Part shown: one piece after another, positions 52,753-61,709 of the stretch
Layout of the letters: every line of letters starts with the position of its first letter
Position numbering within the stretch: position 1 is the first letter of the stretch
Assembly: GCA_050290185.1 (NCBI GenBank)
Contig: JBNKHE010000001.1
Location: 546,713-610,712 of the forward strand
Reading direction: 5' to 3'
DNA from: Pontiella sp.
Lineage (GTDB): Bacteria; Verrucomicrobiota; Kiritimatiellia; Kiritimatiellales; Pontiellaceae
DNA length: 64,000 bases
Program-made: the position numbers and the translations under genes
The notes under the pieces: model-generated
Told to the model about the DNA's origin: nothing
The model's database searches: none
The model's input: only the letters and a program-made list of their open reading frames with translations

Positions 52753-53441
52753 TTTGCCTCTTTCAGCACAAATCCGACTCCGCGCACCGTATGAAGCAAT
52801 GGGGGCAATCCGCCGATATCGAGTTTCTGTCGCAACCGCGAGATGTGCACATCGATCACATTATCCATGGAGGTCATCGTTGAGCGGACCTTCCAGATTT
52901 CGAGTTGCAGCATTTCCCGCGTCGCAACCTCGCCCTGCAATCCGGCCAGATAGGCCAGCAGGTCAAATTCGCGGGGCGTCAGATCCAGCATCTGACCGGC
53001 CCGGATCGCAGTCCGGCTGGACAGATCGATGGAAAGGTCGCCGACCTTTTGCTGCACCATGGTGCGTTGCACATGGCGCAGCTGGATGCGGATGCGAGCC
53101 AGCAGTTCCTCGAAAGCAAAGGGTTTAACCAGATAATCGTCGGCTCCGCATTCCAGACCTTTTACACGGTCCGCCACATGGGAACGCGCCGTCGTGATGA
53201 TAATCGGAAGCGTCGGATCGGTTTGGCGGACGACATCCAGAAAGTCCAAACCCTCGCCATCCGGCAAACCCATATCCAACAGAACCAACGAAGGGGATTC
53301 CCCGGCAAGAAACTCCTTGGCCGATTTGATGGAGTTGGCCACCCGGCACGCATAGCCCACTTCACACAGGCCAAGCGAAAGGGCATCTGCCAAACTGGTG
53401 TCATCCTCAACGATTAGGATCGAAATATTGTTTCCGGTCAT
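52749..53441 (-). CDS. OmpR-family response regulator
   Basis: 'IVEDD', 'LDMGLPD', 'GADDYLVKPF', 'LTPREFDLL', 'TVRGVGF'. Confidence 0.96.
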   Translation of the reverse strand: MTGNNISILIVEDDTSLADALSLGLCEVGYACRVANSIKSAKEFLAGESPSLVLLDMGLPDGEGLDFLDVVRQTDPTLPIIITTARSHVADRVKGLECGADDYLVKPFAFEELLARIRIQLRHVQRTMVQQKVGDLSIDLSSRTAIRAGQMLDLTPREFDLLAYLAGLQGEVATREMLQLEIWKVRSTMTSMDNVIDVHISRLRQKLDIGGLPPLLHTVRGVGFVLKEAK

Positions 53442-53503
53442 GCGGCCTCCTGTACCCATGATTCGAACGCTAGCATTGCATACTGCCCCCGACAACAGAT
53501 GAA

Positions 53504-53522
53504 ATCTTAAGGTATCTTCAGG
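53504..53522. promoter_or_regulatory. Tandem direct repeat, candidate OmpR-family operator
   Basis: ATCTTAAGG-T-ATCTTCAGG (10-bp period) just upstream of a weak TTGAAC-17 nt-TAGGTT promoter. Confidence 0.5.
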
Positions 53523-53587
53523 GTAGTTTATTTGAACTTGCCCGGCATCGCAACTAGGTTGGCTCCGAATAAACCAAGGAAGTGCGC

Positions 53588-54172
53588 ATGAATAAAATGT
53601 TATTGAAGCAACTGGCCGTACTCGCGGCAGGCATTACGCTAACCCATGCTTCGGTGAGGGCCGAGACCCTTGCCGCAAAGGCAGATATCAAATTCAAGGG
53701 CTCGTCAACCCTGCACGATTTTGAAGGAACGGTGACAACACAACCGTTCGCTGCCGAGTTCAAACCGGGTAGCGGCGAAGGGCAATGGATGGTCAAGGCC
53801 CGGACTGCGCTAGAGGTGCGGAACATGACGACCCACAACAAGAAGCGCGACAAGAATATGTTCAAGATGTTCGATCTTCAACACTTCGCACAGATCGAAG
53901 GGGAGCTTCCTGAAACCCTGATTTCAGAAGCAGGCCGTACCGATGCAAAGCTGCATCTAAAAATACGCGATGTTGAGGGAGATGTTACAGCCACGATTTC
54001 CGACGTCCAGCGTACTGAAAAACAGATCAGTTGCACCATGGCCTTCCCGGTGTCACTCAAGGCATTCAACCTGAAGGGCCCGTCCGTTATGGGTTTAATC
54101 CGCGTGGACGAAATGGTTTATGTTGAATGCACCGTCAAAGGAGAGATCGGCGAATCCGTCGAAGGAAACTAA
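53588..54172 (+). CDS. YceI-family lipid/polyisoprenoid-binding protein
   Basis: Signal peptide, 'FKGSSTLHDFEG', 'RDKNM', 'AFNLKGPS'. Confidence 0.8.
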   Translation: MNKMLLKQLAVLAAGITLTHASVRAETLAAKADIKFKGSSTLHDFEGTVTTQPFAAEFKPGSGEGQWMVKARTALEVRNMTTHNKKRDKNMFKMFDLQHFAQIEGELPETLISEAGRTDAKLHLKIRDVEGDVTATISDVQRTEKQISCTMAFPVSLKAFNLKGPSVMGLIRVDEMVYVECTVKGEIGESVEGN

Positions 54173-54175
54173 ACC

Positions 54176-55342
54176 ATGAAAACATACATCCACCACATTG
54201 AGCCGCTGCTTCCGCAGTATTCCTATCGACAGGATTATGCACGCGACCGCATGGTTGGCTGGTTGCCAGGCAAGCGCAACCGCCGCCTGATCCACGGCAT
54301 CTACGACCACTCCGGCATCGAAACGCGATACAGTGTGCTTCCCGATTTCGGGCCCAATGCCGAACCCACCCTGTTCCACGAGGATGATAACGGAAGGATC
54401 ATTGAACCCACCACCGGCGAACGCAATTCGTACTACCGAGCCTCCGCCCGGAAAATGGTAGTGGAAGCAGGGCGAAAGGCGCTGGAAAAAGCGGAAGGTT
54501 TCAGCGCCGGAGACATTACACATGTGGTGACCGTCTCCTGCACCGGCTTCTACAATCCCGGCCCGGACCTCGATCTCATCAAGGGTCTCGGCCTACCGGA
54601 AAGTACGGAACGCTACAATATCGGGTTCATGGGTTGCTATGCCGCCTTCCCCGCCCTGCGTATGGCCCACCAGTTCTGCAAGGCCCGTCCCGAAGCCGTG
54701 GTGCTTGTCGTTTGCCTCGAACTTTGCTCGCTGCACCTCCAGTTCCGCGAAGAAGCGGACAGCCTGCTGGCCAACTCCCTGTTTGCCGATGGTTCGGCGG
54801 CCGTCATCGTGAGTGCCCGCACACCAGCGGAAAACCGGCCGGCCCTGGCGATCGAATCGTTTGCCTCGGCCCTGGCCCCCGAAGGGGAAAGCGAAATGGC
54901 CTGGGAGGTCGGCGATCGCGGTTTCGATATCCGGCTCTCCACATACGTCCCGAATATCATTGCCGGCAACATCGGCGCTATCGTCGACGGCATTTTGAGC
55001 GATACGTCCTGGAACCTGAACGATATCGGAACATGGGCGGTTCATCCCGGCGGTCGCTCCATCGTAGACCGGGTTGAAAATGAACTGCACCTGAAGCCCG
55101 AACAGCTGGAAGACTCGCGCGAGACATTACGCCAATATGGCAACATGAGCAGCGTTACCGTGTTGTTTGTACTCAACCGCATTCTCAACCGCGAGGGACT
55201 GGACGAGAACCATCCCATCTGCGCCATGGCCTTCGGACCCGGCCTGACTATTGAAACCGCTCTGCTTGAGTATCATCCGGCACATTCCAATGCCTTGCAG
55301 AAAGCACCAGCACAGGCTCTGGCGGGAACGTTGCAGGCTTAA
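54176..55342 (+). CDS. Type III polyketide synthase (chalcone synthase-like)
   Basis: Cys-His-Asn triad: 'GFMGCYA', 'VHPGG', 'GNMSS'; also 'VSCTG', 'ELCSLH', 'LFADG', 'AFGPGL'. Confidence 0.95.
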   Translation: MKTYIHHIEPLLPQYSYRQDYARDRMVGWLPGKRNRRLIHGIYDHSGIETRYSVLPDFGPNAEPTLFHEDDNGRIIEPTTGERNSYYRASARKMVVEAGRKALEKAEGFSAGDITHVVTVSCTGFYNPGPDLDLIKGLGLPESTERYNIGFMGCYAAFPALRMAHQFCKARPEAVVLVVCLELCSLHLQFREEADSLLANSLFADGSAAVIVSARTPAENRPALAIESFASALAPEGESEMAWEVGDRGFDIRLSTYVPNIIAGNIGAIVDGILSDTSWNLNDIGTWAVHPGGRSIVDRVENELHLKPEQLEDSRETLRQYGNMSSVTVLFVLNRILNREGLDENHPICAMAFGPGLTIETALLEYHPAHSNALQKAPAQALAGTLQA

Positions 55343-55354
55343 AGGCCGCACCCC

Positions 55355-57418
55355 ATGAAACGTATCCTCCAACGAACAGCCATTCTGTTCGCAACCGTTC
55401 TGGTTGCGGGCGTTGCCGCGTGGTTTGTTGGCGACCTGGGAATTGAACAGGACAACCAGTCCATGCAATCCGACGAAGCCCGCGATGATACGGCATATGC
55501 GACCTTCCAAAGGGAATTCGACAGTGATTACGAACTTATGGTCGTCGTTACTCGCGATACCCTGAATTCGGAAACTGGATGGAAACGACTACAGGATGAT
55601 ACGCAGTGGCTTCGGGGACTGGACGGAGTTCGGGAGGTTCATCTTCCATCTTCGATCGAACCGAAGCCGGGGCTGGTATCTGATGACGGCAAAACGGTCG
55701 GCATCCTGCTGGTCTTGCGTTCCGACCAACCACGGGACGAGCGCTCGCAGTTGCTGGAAACATTAAAAGCTGAAGCCCCGCAAAAAATCGAGGGCGTTGT
55801 ACGGGTTGTGGGACTTCCGCTATTGAAAGCAAGTGTAGCCAGCCATATCGCCCGCGATCAGCAGGTGGTCACCCCCCTCTCAGGAGTTGCGATGATGATC
55901 ATGCTGGCCCTCCTGTTCCGACGGGTGGCCGGCGTTGTGATTCCCATGCTGATCGTTGGATTAAGCCTGGTCACCACACTGGGTCTCTATGCCGCCTGCG
56001 GATTGGAACTCAATAGCATCACCTCGTTGCTTCCGGCGGTTGTTATTGTGCTTTCGGTTTCTGTCGCCGTCCATCTTCTTGATGCATGGATCCATGCGGT
56101 TGATGACGGGAAGCGCGGACAAGACGCAATCCATTCCGCCATGCAGGCGGTGTGGAAACCCTGCGTCTTTACGGCAGCCATGACGGCGGCCGGACTGCTT
56201 TCGCTGATATTGAGTCCCATACCCGCCGTGCGCCTCTTCGGCCTTTTTGCAGCCGTCGGCGTCAGCTTTTCGGTGATCTTCGCTTTTGCCGTTCTTCCGA
56301 TCGCACTCAGCTGGACTCTCGAACGGCCTTCACGAGCCAAGCCCCCCTGGATGCAGCGATTCCTGAATGGACTGGCTGAACTGCCCGTGCGCCATCCTAT
56401 CGTCATTCTACTGGCGGCCACGTTCATCACCGCTCTGAGCGCATGGGCGGCATCGAAAATTGAAAACAACACCGATCTCATCCATTTCTTCAAGAAACAT
56501 GATCCTATCTTTGTTGCCCACGACAGCGTGAACCACTCACTCGGAAGTGTTCGTTCGCTCGACCTGCTGGTTCGAAAAGCCGACGGCTCCGCCCTCGACC
56601 TGCAGAAAGACCTCCCAGTACTGACGGAACTAACGGATGAAATTGAAAACATCCCGGACGTTTTCGGAACCAGTTCCATCGTTGATTTCGCTTCTGACCT
56701 GCAAGCCGCTCCTTCCGGGGCTCCCCTGCCGACGATGGACAGACTGTTGGCCGATGAAGGCCGGCTCATGCGCGTTCAGGTTCATCTCGGCGACATCGGC
56801 TCCGCCCGGGCATCAGACATCTGCGACCGGATCACGGAAATCGCCAAAACCACCCCTGAGGCCGGCTGGGAGATCACGCCGACCGGCGCCTACTATCAGG
56901 TCGTTCGCGACTCCAACAAGCTGGTAGTGACCCTAATTAAAAGTTTCGGCATCACACTGGCTATCGTACTGGCATCCACCTGCCTGCTGTTCCGCTCGCC
57001 GGCCGTGCTGATTCCCGCCTTCATTCCCAACATCCTCCCAATCATCTGGGGAGCTGGACTGATGGGAGTGCTCGGCATCGACCTCAGCACAGCCACCACC
57101 ATGGTAGCCGCGGTCGTGATTGGGTTGGCCGTCGATGACACCATTCACTATCTCCATCACTTTCAGACCTACCGGCATCTGCCGGCCACCGAGGCTACCC
57201 GCGCCACCACCAAACGCATTGGGCGGGCCCTGGTCGTTTCATCCATCGTGCTGGTCGGCGGATTCTGGATGGGTGCCTTTGGCAGCTTTATCCCCACAAA
57301 TACATTCGCCTTGCTGACCGGATGCATGATGGCGTCGGCACTTTTTTGCGACCTACTGGTTCTGCCAGCCTACCTGAACCTCACTCATGCCCAACCCCAC
57401 CCGAGGAAACCCCTATGA
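55355..57418 (+). CDS. MMPL/RND-family membrane exporter
   Basis: Two repeats of a soluble domain plus TM bundle; 'IGLAVDDTIHY' motif. Confidence 0.88.
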   Translation: MKRILQRTAILFATVLVAGVAAWFVGDLGIEQDNQSMQSDEARDDTAYATFQREFDSDYELMVVVTRDTLNSETGWKRLQDDTQWLRGLDGVREVHLPSSIEPKPGLVSDDGKTVGILLVLRSDQPRDERSQLLETLKAEAPQKIEGVVRVVGLPLLKASVASHIARDQQVVTPLSGVAMMIMLALLFRRVAGVVIPMLIVGLSLVTTLGLYAACGLELNSITSLLPAVVIVLSVSVAVHLLDAWIHAVDDGKRGQDAIHSAMQAVWKPCVFTAAMTAAGLLSLILSPIPAVRLFGLFAAVGVSFSVIFAFAVLPIALSWTLERPSRAKPPWMQRFLNGLAELPVRHPIVILLAATFITALSAWAASKIENNTDLIHFFKKHDPIFVAHDSVNHSLGSVRSLDLLVRKADGSALDLQKDLPVLTELTDEIENIPDVFGTSSIVDFASDLQAAPSGAPLPTMDRLLADEGRLMRVQVHLGDIGSARASDICDRITEIAKTTPEAGWEITPTGAYYQVVRDSNKLVVTLIKSFGITLAIVLASTCLLFRSPAVLIPAFIPNILPIIWGAGLMGVLGIDLSTATTMVAAVVIGLAVDDTIHYLHHFQTYRHLPATEATRATTKRIGRALVVSSIVLVGGFWMGAFGSFIPTNTFALLTGCMMASALFCDLLVLPAYLNLTHAQPHPRKPL

Positions 57419-59415
57419 GCAATCCATCCATGAACCATACCCTATCGCAACGTTTCTTTGCCCTCATTTACGGGCTCGTATGCCACATCACTTTTGGCGC
57501 CGCTGTCATCGCCATGGCCACCTCCTTGTTTACCGGCCTGCGCTTCGGCATCGGCCCGTTCCATGGCTTGAGTAGCCTCCTCGCCAATGCCGCATTACTG
57601 GCCACCTTCCCGGTCAGCCACTCGTGGCTCCTGTCCCCCAAAGGCCGCCGCTTCATGGCCAAGCTGGTTCCTTTTGGAATCGGCCCAAAGATTTCAATGA
57701 CTGTTTTTGTGACCATCTCCTCCCTGCAATTGCTCGCCGCCTTCGTGCTCTGGTCCCCCTCCGGTATCGTATGGTGGCAGGCAGGGCCGGGGATGGCCAT
57801 TTTTCTTGGCACGGTTGCAGTCGGCGCATGGTTGCTTCTCGGCAAATCGATGTCTGATGCACAGTTGGACCTTCAGCTTGGCCTCGTTGGCTGGTGGGCG
57901 GTATTCCGCAACCGAAAGGCCGTCTACAAGCCCTTCTCCACCCATGGCCTTTACCGGTTTGTTCGCCAACCCATCTATATCTCATTCGCATTGCTCCTTT
58001 GGCTTACCTCGGCATGGACGCCCGACCAGCTCGTACTTGCCTTGGCCTGGACCGGCTATTGCGTCATTGGCGCCGCTCTCAAGGAAAAACGTTTCATCCG
58101 CTACTTCGGTGATGCCTTCAAATCCTACCAGCAACAAGTTCCGTTCTGGTTCCCCACCCTGACCAACAAACACGAGGAGAAAAATATGCCTAACCTTTCC
58201 ACCAAAAACGAACAGGATGCCGACATTATCATCATCGGCGCCGGCCCTATCGGCCTGTTGCTCGCCAATCTGTTGGGTAAGCGCGGACTACACGTCATCG
58301 TTGCCGAACGCCGTACCCATCCGCCCAAAGGTTCGATGGCCATCGGCATCACTCCGCCTTCACTGACGATTCTCAAGGAGCTTTCGCTCGATCATGAATT
58401 TGTCGGTCAGGGCATACAGATCACCGAAGCATCTGTGTATGAAAACGGACAACGGCTCGGAGAGGTCAATTTTTCCAAGCTTCCGTCGGAACACCGTTGC
58501 ATCCTCTCGCTGCCGCAGGCCAAAACCATTTCACTACTCCGAAAAAACCTCTCCAACTATCCATCGGTTATCCTGCTCGACGGCATGCAGTTCATCAGCA
58601 GAACGGAAACGGCGAATGGCGTCCGAGTGCGGTTGCAGGATGTGGACTCATCTGCCTATTCCGATTTTTCCGCCACTTATCTGGTCGGTTGCGACGGCCA
58701 TCGCAGCGCCGTGAGAAACCATGTTCAAATTCCGTTCCCTGGCCGGTTCTACCGTTCGCAGTTTTTCATGGCCGACTTCAACGACACTACCGACTGGGGC
58801 AAAGAGGCTCGCCTCTATTTCGGCTCCCGTGGATCTGTCGAAGCCTTCCCCCTGTCCCGCAGCCAGCGTCGCTGGATTGTACAGATGCCGCTTAAGACCC
58901 GATCCGATGCAGACCTTCTTGGCGCAACGGTTGTGGAGCAGGTTGGCAAGAGAACCGGCGTTGATCTTTCCGGCCAACCCCCTGTATTCGAAAGCTTCTT
59001 CCGCCCGCAACGGCGGCTGGCGAAAACCTACCGGCGCGGCCGGGTTCTGCTCTGCGGTGACGCCGCACACGTTTTGAGCCCGATCGGAGGTCAGGGCATG
59101 AACACTGGATTTGCCGATGCCGCCCACCTCGCTGAGGCTGTTGCAACCGCACTGGAGACTCCGGAATCCGCCGACCTTGCGTTTGCCGAATACACCAAAA
59201 TCCGCCGCCATGCCTTCAATATAGCGGCCAGCCGTGCCGCACGGGGAATGTGGCTTGGAACCCGAAAAGGTCGTTTACCCTCCCAGCTGAGACAGTTGCT
59301 GATCGGACAGGTGTTGTTGCGTACGACAATCCGCGAACGGCTCGCCCACTATTTTGCCATGCTTACCATTCCCGGCAATAATACGAATACCTCCAAACGA
59401 AAGGTCACTGCATAA
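57415..59415 (+). CDS. Fusion of an MddA/ICMT-like integral-membrane methyltransferase and an FAD-dependent monooxygenase
   Basis: N-half multi-TM with 'GLYRFVRQPIY...KEKRF...Y..QVP'; C-half GAGPIG, 'GCDG..SAVR', 'GDAAH..SPIGGQGMNTG..DA'. ATGA overlap with the MMPL stop. Confidence 0.85.
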   Translation: MSNPSMNHTLSQRFFALIYGLVCHITFGAAVIAMATSLFTGLRFGIGPFHGLSSLLANAALLATFPVSHSWLLSPKGRRFMAKLVPFGIGPKISMTVFVTISSLQLLAAFVLWSPSGIVWWQAGPGMAIFLGTVAVGAWLLLGKSMSDAQLDLQLGLVGWWAVFRNRKAVYKPFSTHGLYRFVRQPIYISFALLLWLTSAWTPDQLVLALAWTGYCVIGAALKEKRFIRYFGDAFKSYQQQVPFWFPTLTNKHEEKNMPNLSTKNEQDADIIIIGAGPIGLLLANLLGKRGLHVIVAERRTHPPKGSMAIGITPPSLTILKELSLDHEFVGQGIQITEASVYENGQRLGEVNFSKLPSEHRCILSLPQAKTISLLRKNLSNYPSVILLDGMQFISRTETANGVRVRLQDVDSSAYSDFSATYLVGCDGHRSAVRNHVQIPFPGRFYRSQFFMADFNDTTDWGKEARLYFGSRGSVEAFPLSRSQRRWIVQMPLKTRSDADLLGATVVEQVGKRTGVDLSGQPPVFESFFRPQRRLAKTYRRGRVLLCGDAAHVLSPIGGQGMNTGFADAAHLAEAVATALETPESADLAFAEYTKIRRHAFNIAASRAARGMWLGTRKGRLPSQLRQLLIGQVLLRTTIRERLAHYFAMLTIPGNNTNTSKRKVTA

Positions 59416-60164
59416 TGAATGCCCGCTTCAACCTGAAACCCCTGGAATACATCGGCGCCCCCGAATCCAAGCAAACGTTCAACCGCAGCCTGTTTGCCGA
59501 GGTCGCCCCGAAATACGACTTCATCACCAAGGCGCTTTCCTTCGGACGCGACTCGGCGTGGAAACGCAGCCTACTCGCCTGCTTGCCGGAAACCGCTTCG
59601 CTCACATGCATTGATCTTGCCTGCGGGACGGGCGATCTCACCCGCATGCTGGCTGAACGCTACAACAGCGGAAAAATCACCGGACTTGATCTCACGCCCG
59701 AGATGCTCGCTATTGCCGACAAGCGAACCGATGCCTTCAATGTCTCGTTTGTGGAAGGCAGTATGGCTGACCTTCCGTTCGATGCTGACAGTAGTGACAT
59801 TGTTACCGGAGGGTATGCCCTGCGAAACGCCCCCGACCTGAACCAGACGTTGGATGAAATCGCCCGCATTCTACGGCCCGGCGGATATGCCGCCTTTCTC
59901 GACTTCTCCAAACCAAAGAACAGAACCGGTCAGGCCATCTGCCATTTCCTGCTCAAGTTCTGGGGCGGACTCTGGGGACTGCTACTCCATGGCAACCCTG
60001 ACGTCTACGGCTATATCGCTGATAGCCTGAAACTCTATCCCGACCGCATCGAACTCCGTGACCGTTTTGCAAAACGCGGATTCGGGCTACACAGCAGCAC
60101 CCGCTTTTTTGGCGGATTGCTCGAAATCGTCGTATTCAAAAAAAAGGAGCCGCATGCTGCCTGA
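59415..60164 (+). CDS. UbiE/MenG-like SAM-dependent methyltransferase
   Basis: 'FAEVAPKYD...LSFGRD..WK', 'DLACGTGD', 'YALRN', 'RILRPGG...LDFSKP', 'Y.YI.DS'. Confidence 0.85.
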   Translation: MNARFNLKPLEYIGAPESKQTFNRSLFAEVAPKYDFITKALSFGRDSAWKRSLLACLPETASLTCIDLACGTGDLTRMLAERYNSGKITGLDLTPEMLAIADKRTDAFNVSFVEGSMADLPFDADSSDIVTGGYALRNAPDLNQTLDEIARILRPGGYAAFLDFSKPKNRTGQAICHFLLKFWGGLWGLLLHGNPDVYGYIADSLKLYPDRIELRDRFAKRGFGLHSSTRFFGGLLEIVVFKKKEPHAA

Positions 60165-60879
60165 TTTCGCTATACGTTCCAGCATGCCTGAGCTGATGGA
60201 CGACCCGGCCTGCTCCAAGGAGTTGCTGTTACGCACCGTTCGGCAGTTTGCATCGATCAACCGGCTGGTTGCGCGCTACCGGTCCATTCTCAAGCGCTGG
60301 GTGCTGGCCGACATGCTTAAAGCTCCGAACCGGCCCTACCATCTGGTGGACATGGGGGCTGGGGGATGCGATATCGATGTCTGGTTGCTTGGTGCCGCCC
60401 AACGGCTCGGCCTCAACCTGCGCATTACCGCCTGCGATCTGGATCAGCGCATCATCGATTATGCCCGCTCGACATATGGACAGACCTATGGGCTGAGTAT
60501 CCGACAGATGGATCTACTGGCCAGCCGCCCCGGAGATCGGGTCGACTACGTCTTTGCCAACCACTTCCTGCACCATCTGCCCAATGAGGATATCATCCGT
60601 CTGCTTCAATTCTGGAAACCCCACGTGACACGTCGCATGGTGTTCAGCGATCTGGAGCGCAATCCCCTGGCCTATCTCGGATTTTCCGCTCTTTCGCTCT
60701 TCTACCGTAAAAGCTTTGCGCGCTCCGACGGCCTCGTCTCCATCCGGCGCGGCTTCCGCTCCGGAGAGCTCGAATCGTTATCCCGCGAAGCTTTGCCGGA
60801 CACTGCGAGCGCGGTACATCGCCTCCCGCTGGGCCGGCTGGCATTCTGCGTTGAGGGAAATATGGCGGAAGACACCTGA
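60154..60879 (+). CDS. SAM-dependent methyltransferase of the type found beside type III PKS genes
   Basis: 'PELMDDP', 'DMGAGGCD', 'NHFLHHL', 'DLER', 'DGLVSIRRGF'; AGGAG RBS. Confidence 0.85.
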   Translation: MLPDFAIRSSMPELMDDPACSKELLLRTVRQFASINRLVARYRSILKRWVLADMLKAPNRPYHLVDMGAGGCDIDVWLLGAAQRLGLNLRITACDLDQRIIDYARSTYGQTYGLSIRQMDLLASRPGDRVDYVFANHFLHHLPNEDIIRLLQFWKPHVTRRMVFSDLERNPLAYLGFSALSLFYRKSFARSDGLVSIRRGFRSGELESLSREALPDTASAVHRLPLGRLAFCVEGNMAEDT

Positions 60880-60931
60880 AACAAAGGAATTCCATAAACA
60901 GGAGAATCCCCCATTTATTAATAAAAAACAC

Positions 60932-60960
60932 TAGACTTGCCGGAGGGGTTCACCTATAAA
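60932..60960 (+). promoter_or_regulatory. Sigma70 promoter of rpmI-rplT
   Basis: TAGACT-17 nt-TATAAA with an A/T-rich upstream tract. Confidence 0.5.
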
Positions 60961-61026
60961 TCCTCCTCTTTTGCACGGTCTCCCGACCCTGCATTTGAAT
61001 AAATTTATTAAACGGACGGTACTATT

Positions 61027-61215
61027 ATGCCTAAAATTAAGACAAAAAAGTGTGCAGCCAAACGGTTTAGCAAAACCGGCACCGGCAAACTGAAGCGCAA
61101 CCACATGGGTGGTAGCCACATCTTGTCGAACAAGAATCGTAAACAAAAACGGAAACTGCGCAGTCAGGATATCGTCGATCAGGCCGATATGAAGCGCATC
61201 ACCCCGTTCATCTAA
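61027..61215 (+). CDS. rpmI: 50S ribosomal protein L35
   Basis: [21 protein letters not shown]. Confidence 0.96.
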   Translation: MPKIKTKKCAAKRFSKTGTGKLKRNHMGGSHILSNKNRKQKRKLRSQDIVDQADMKRITPFI

Positions 61216-61233
61216 TTGCTGGAGAACTGAATC

Positions 61234-61590
61234 ATGCCAAGAGCAACCAATGGACCGGCCTCGCGCCGCAGAAGAAACAACCGCCTGAAGCTCGCCAAGG
61301 GTTTCCGCGGAGCACGCAGCAAACTTTTCCGTCAAGCCACGGAAGCCGTCGACCGCGCACAGGCCATGGCCTATGTGCATCGCAAGCACAAGAAGCGCAA
61401 CTTCCGTCGTCTTTGGACGGTTCGCATCAATGCGGCATGCCGCATGGGCGGGATCAACTACAGCCGCTTCATCGACGGGCTGAACAAGTGCGAAATCAAA
61501 CTCAACCGCAAGATGCTCTCCGAGATCGCCATTCACGATCCGCAGGGATTCGCCAAAGTGGTTGAAACCGCAAAAGCCAAAGTCTGCTAG
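61234..61590 (+). CDS. rplT: 50S ribosomal protein L20
   Basis: 'LAKGFRG', 'KKRNFRRLWTVRINAA', 'LNRKMLSEIA'. Confidence 0.97.
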   Translation: MPRATNGPASRRRRNNRLKLAKGFRGARSKLFRQATEAVDRAQAMAYVHRKHKKRNFRRLWTVRINAACRMGGINYSRFIDGLNKCEIKLNRKMLSEIAIHDPQGFAKVVETAKAKVC

Positions 61591-61611
61591 ATCCAGCTGA
61601 CTTCGTTTTGC

Positions 61612-61640
61612 AAAGACCGTCCGAGTGGCGGTCTTTTTTT
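61612..61640 (+). terminator. rplT intrinsic terminator
   Basis: AAAGACCG...CGGTCTTTTTTT. Confidence 0.8.
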
Positions 61641-61709
61641 GTGCCCGCATTCTTTCCTTCCCTAATCCCATTCACTATCGTGGTGCATCACTTGAAGCAT
61701 GGAGAATTA

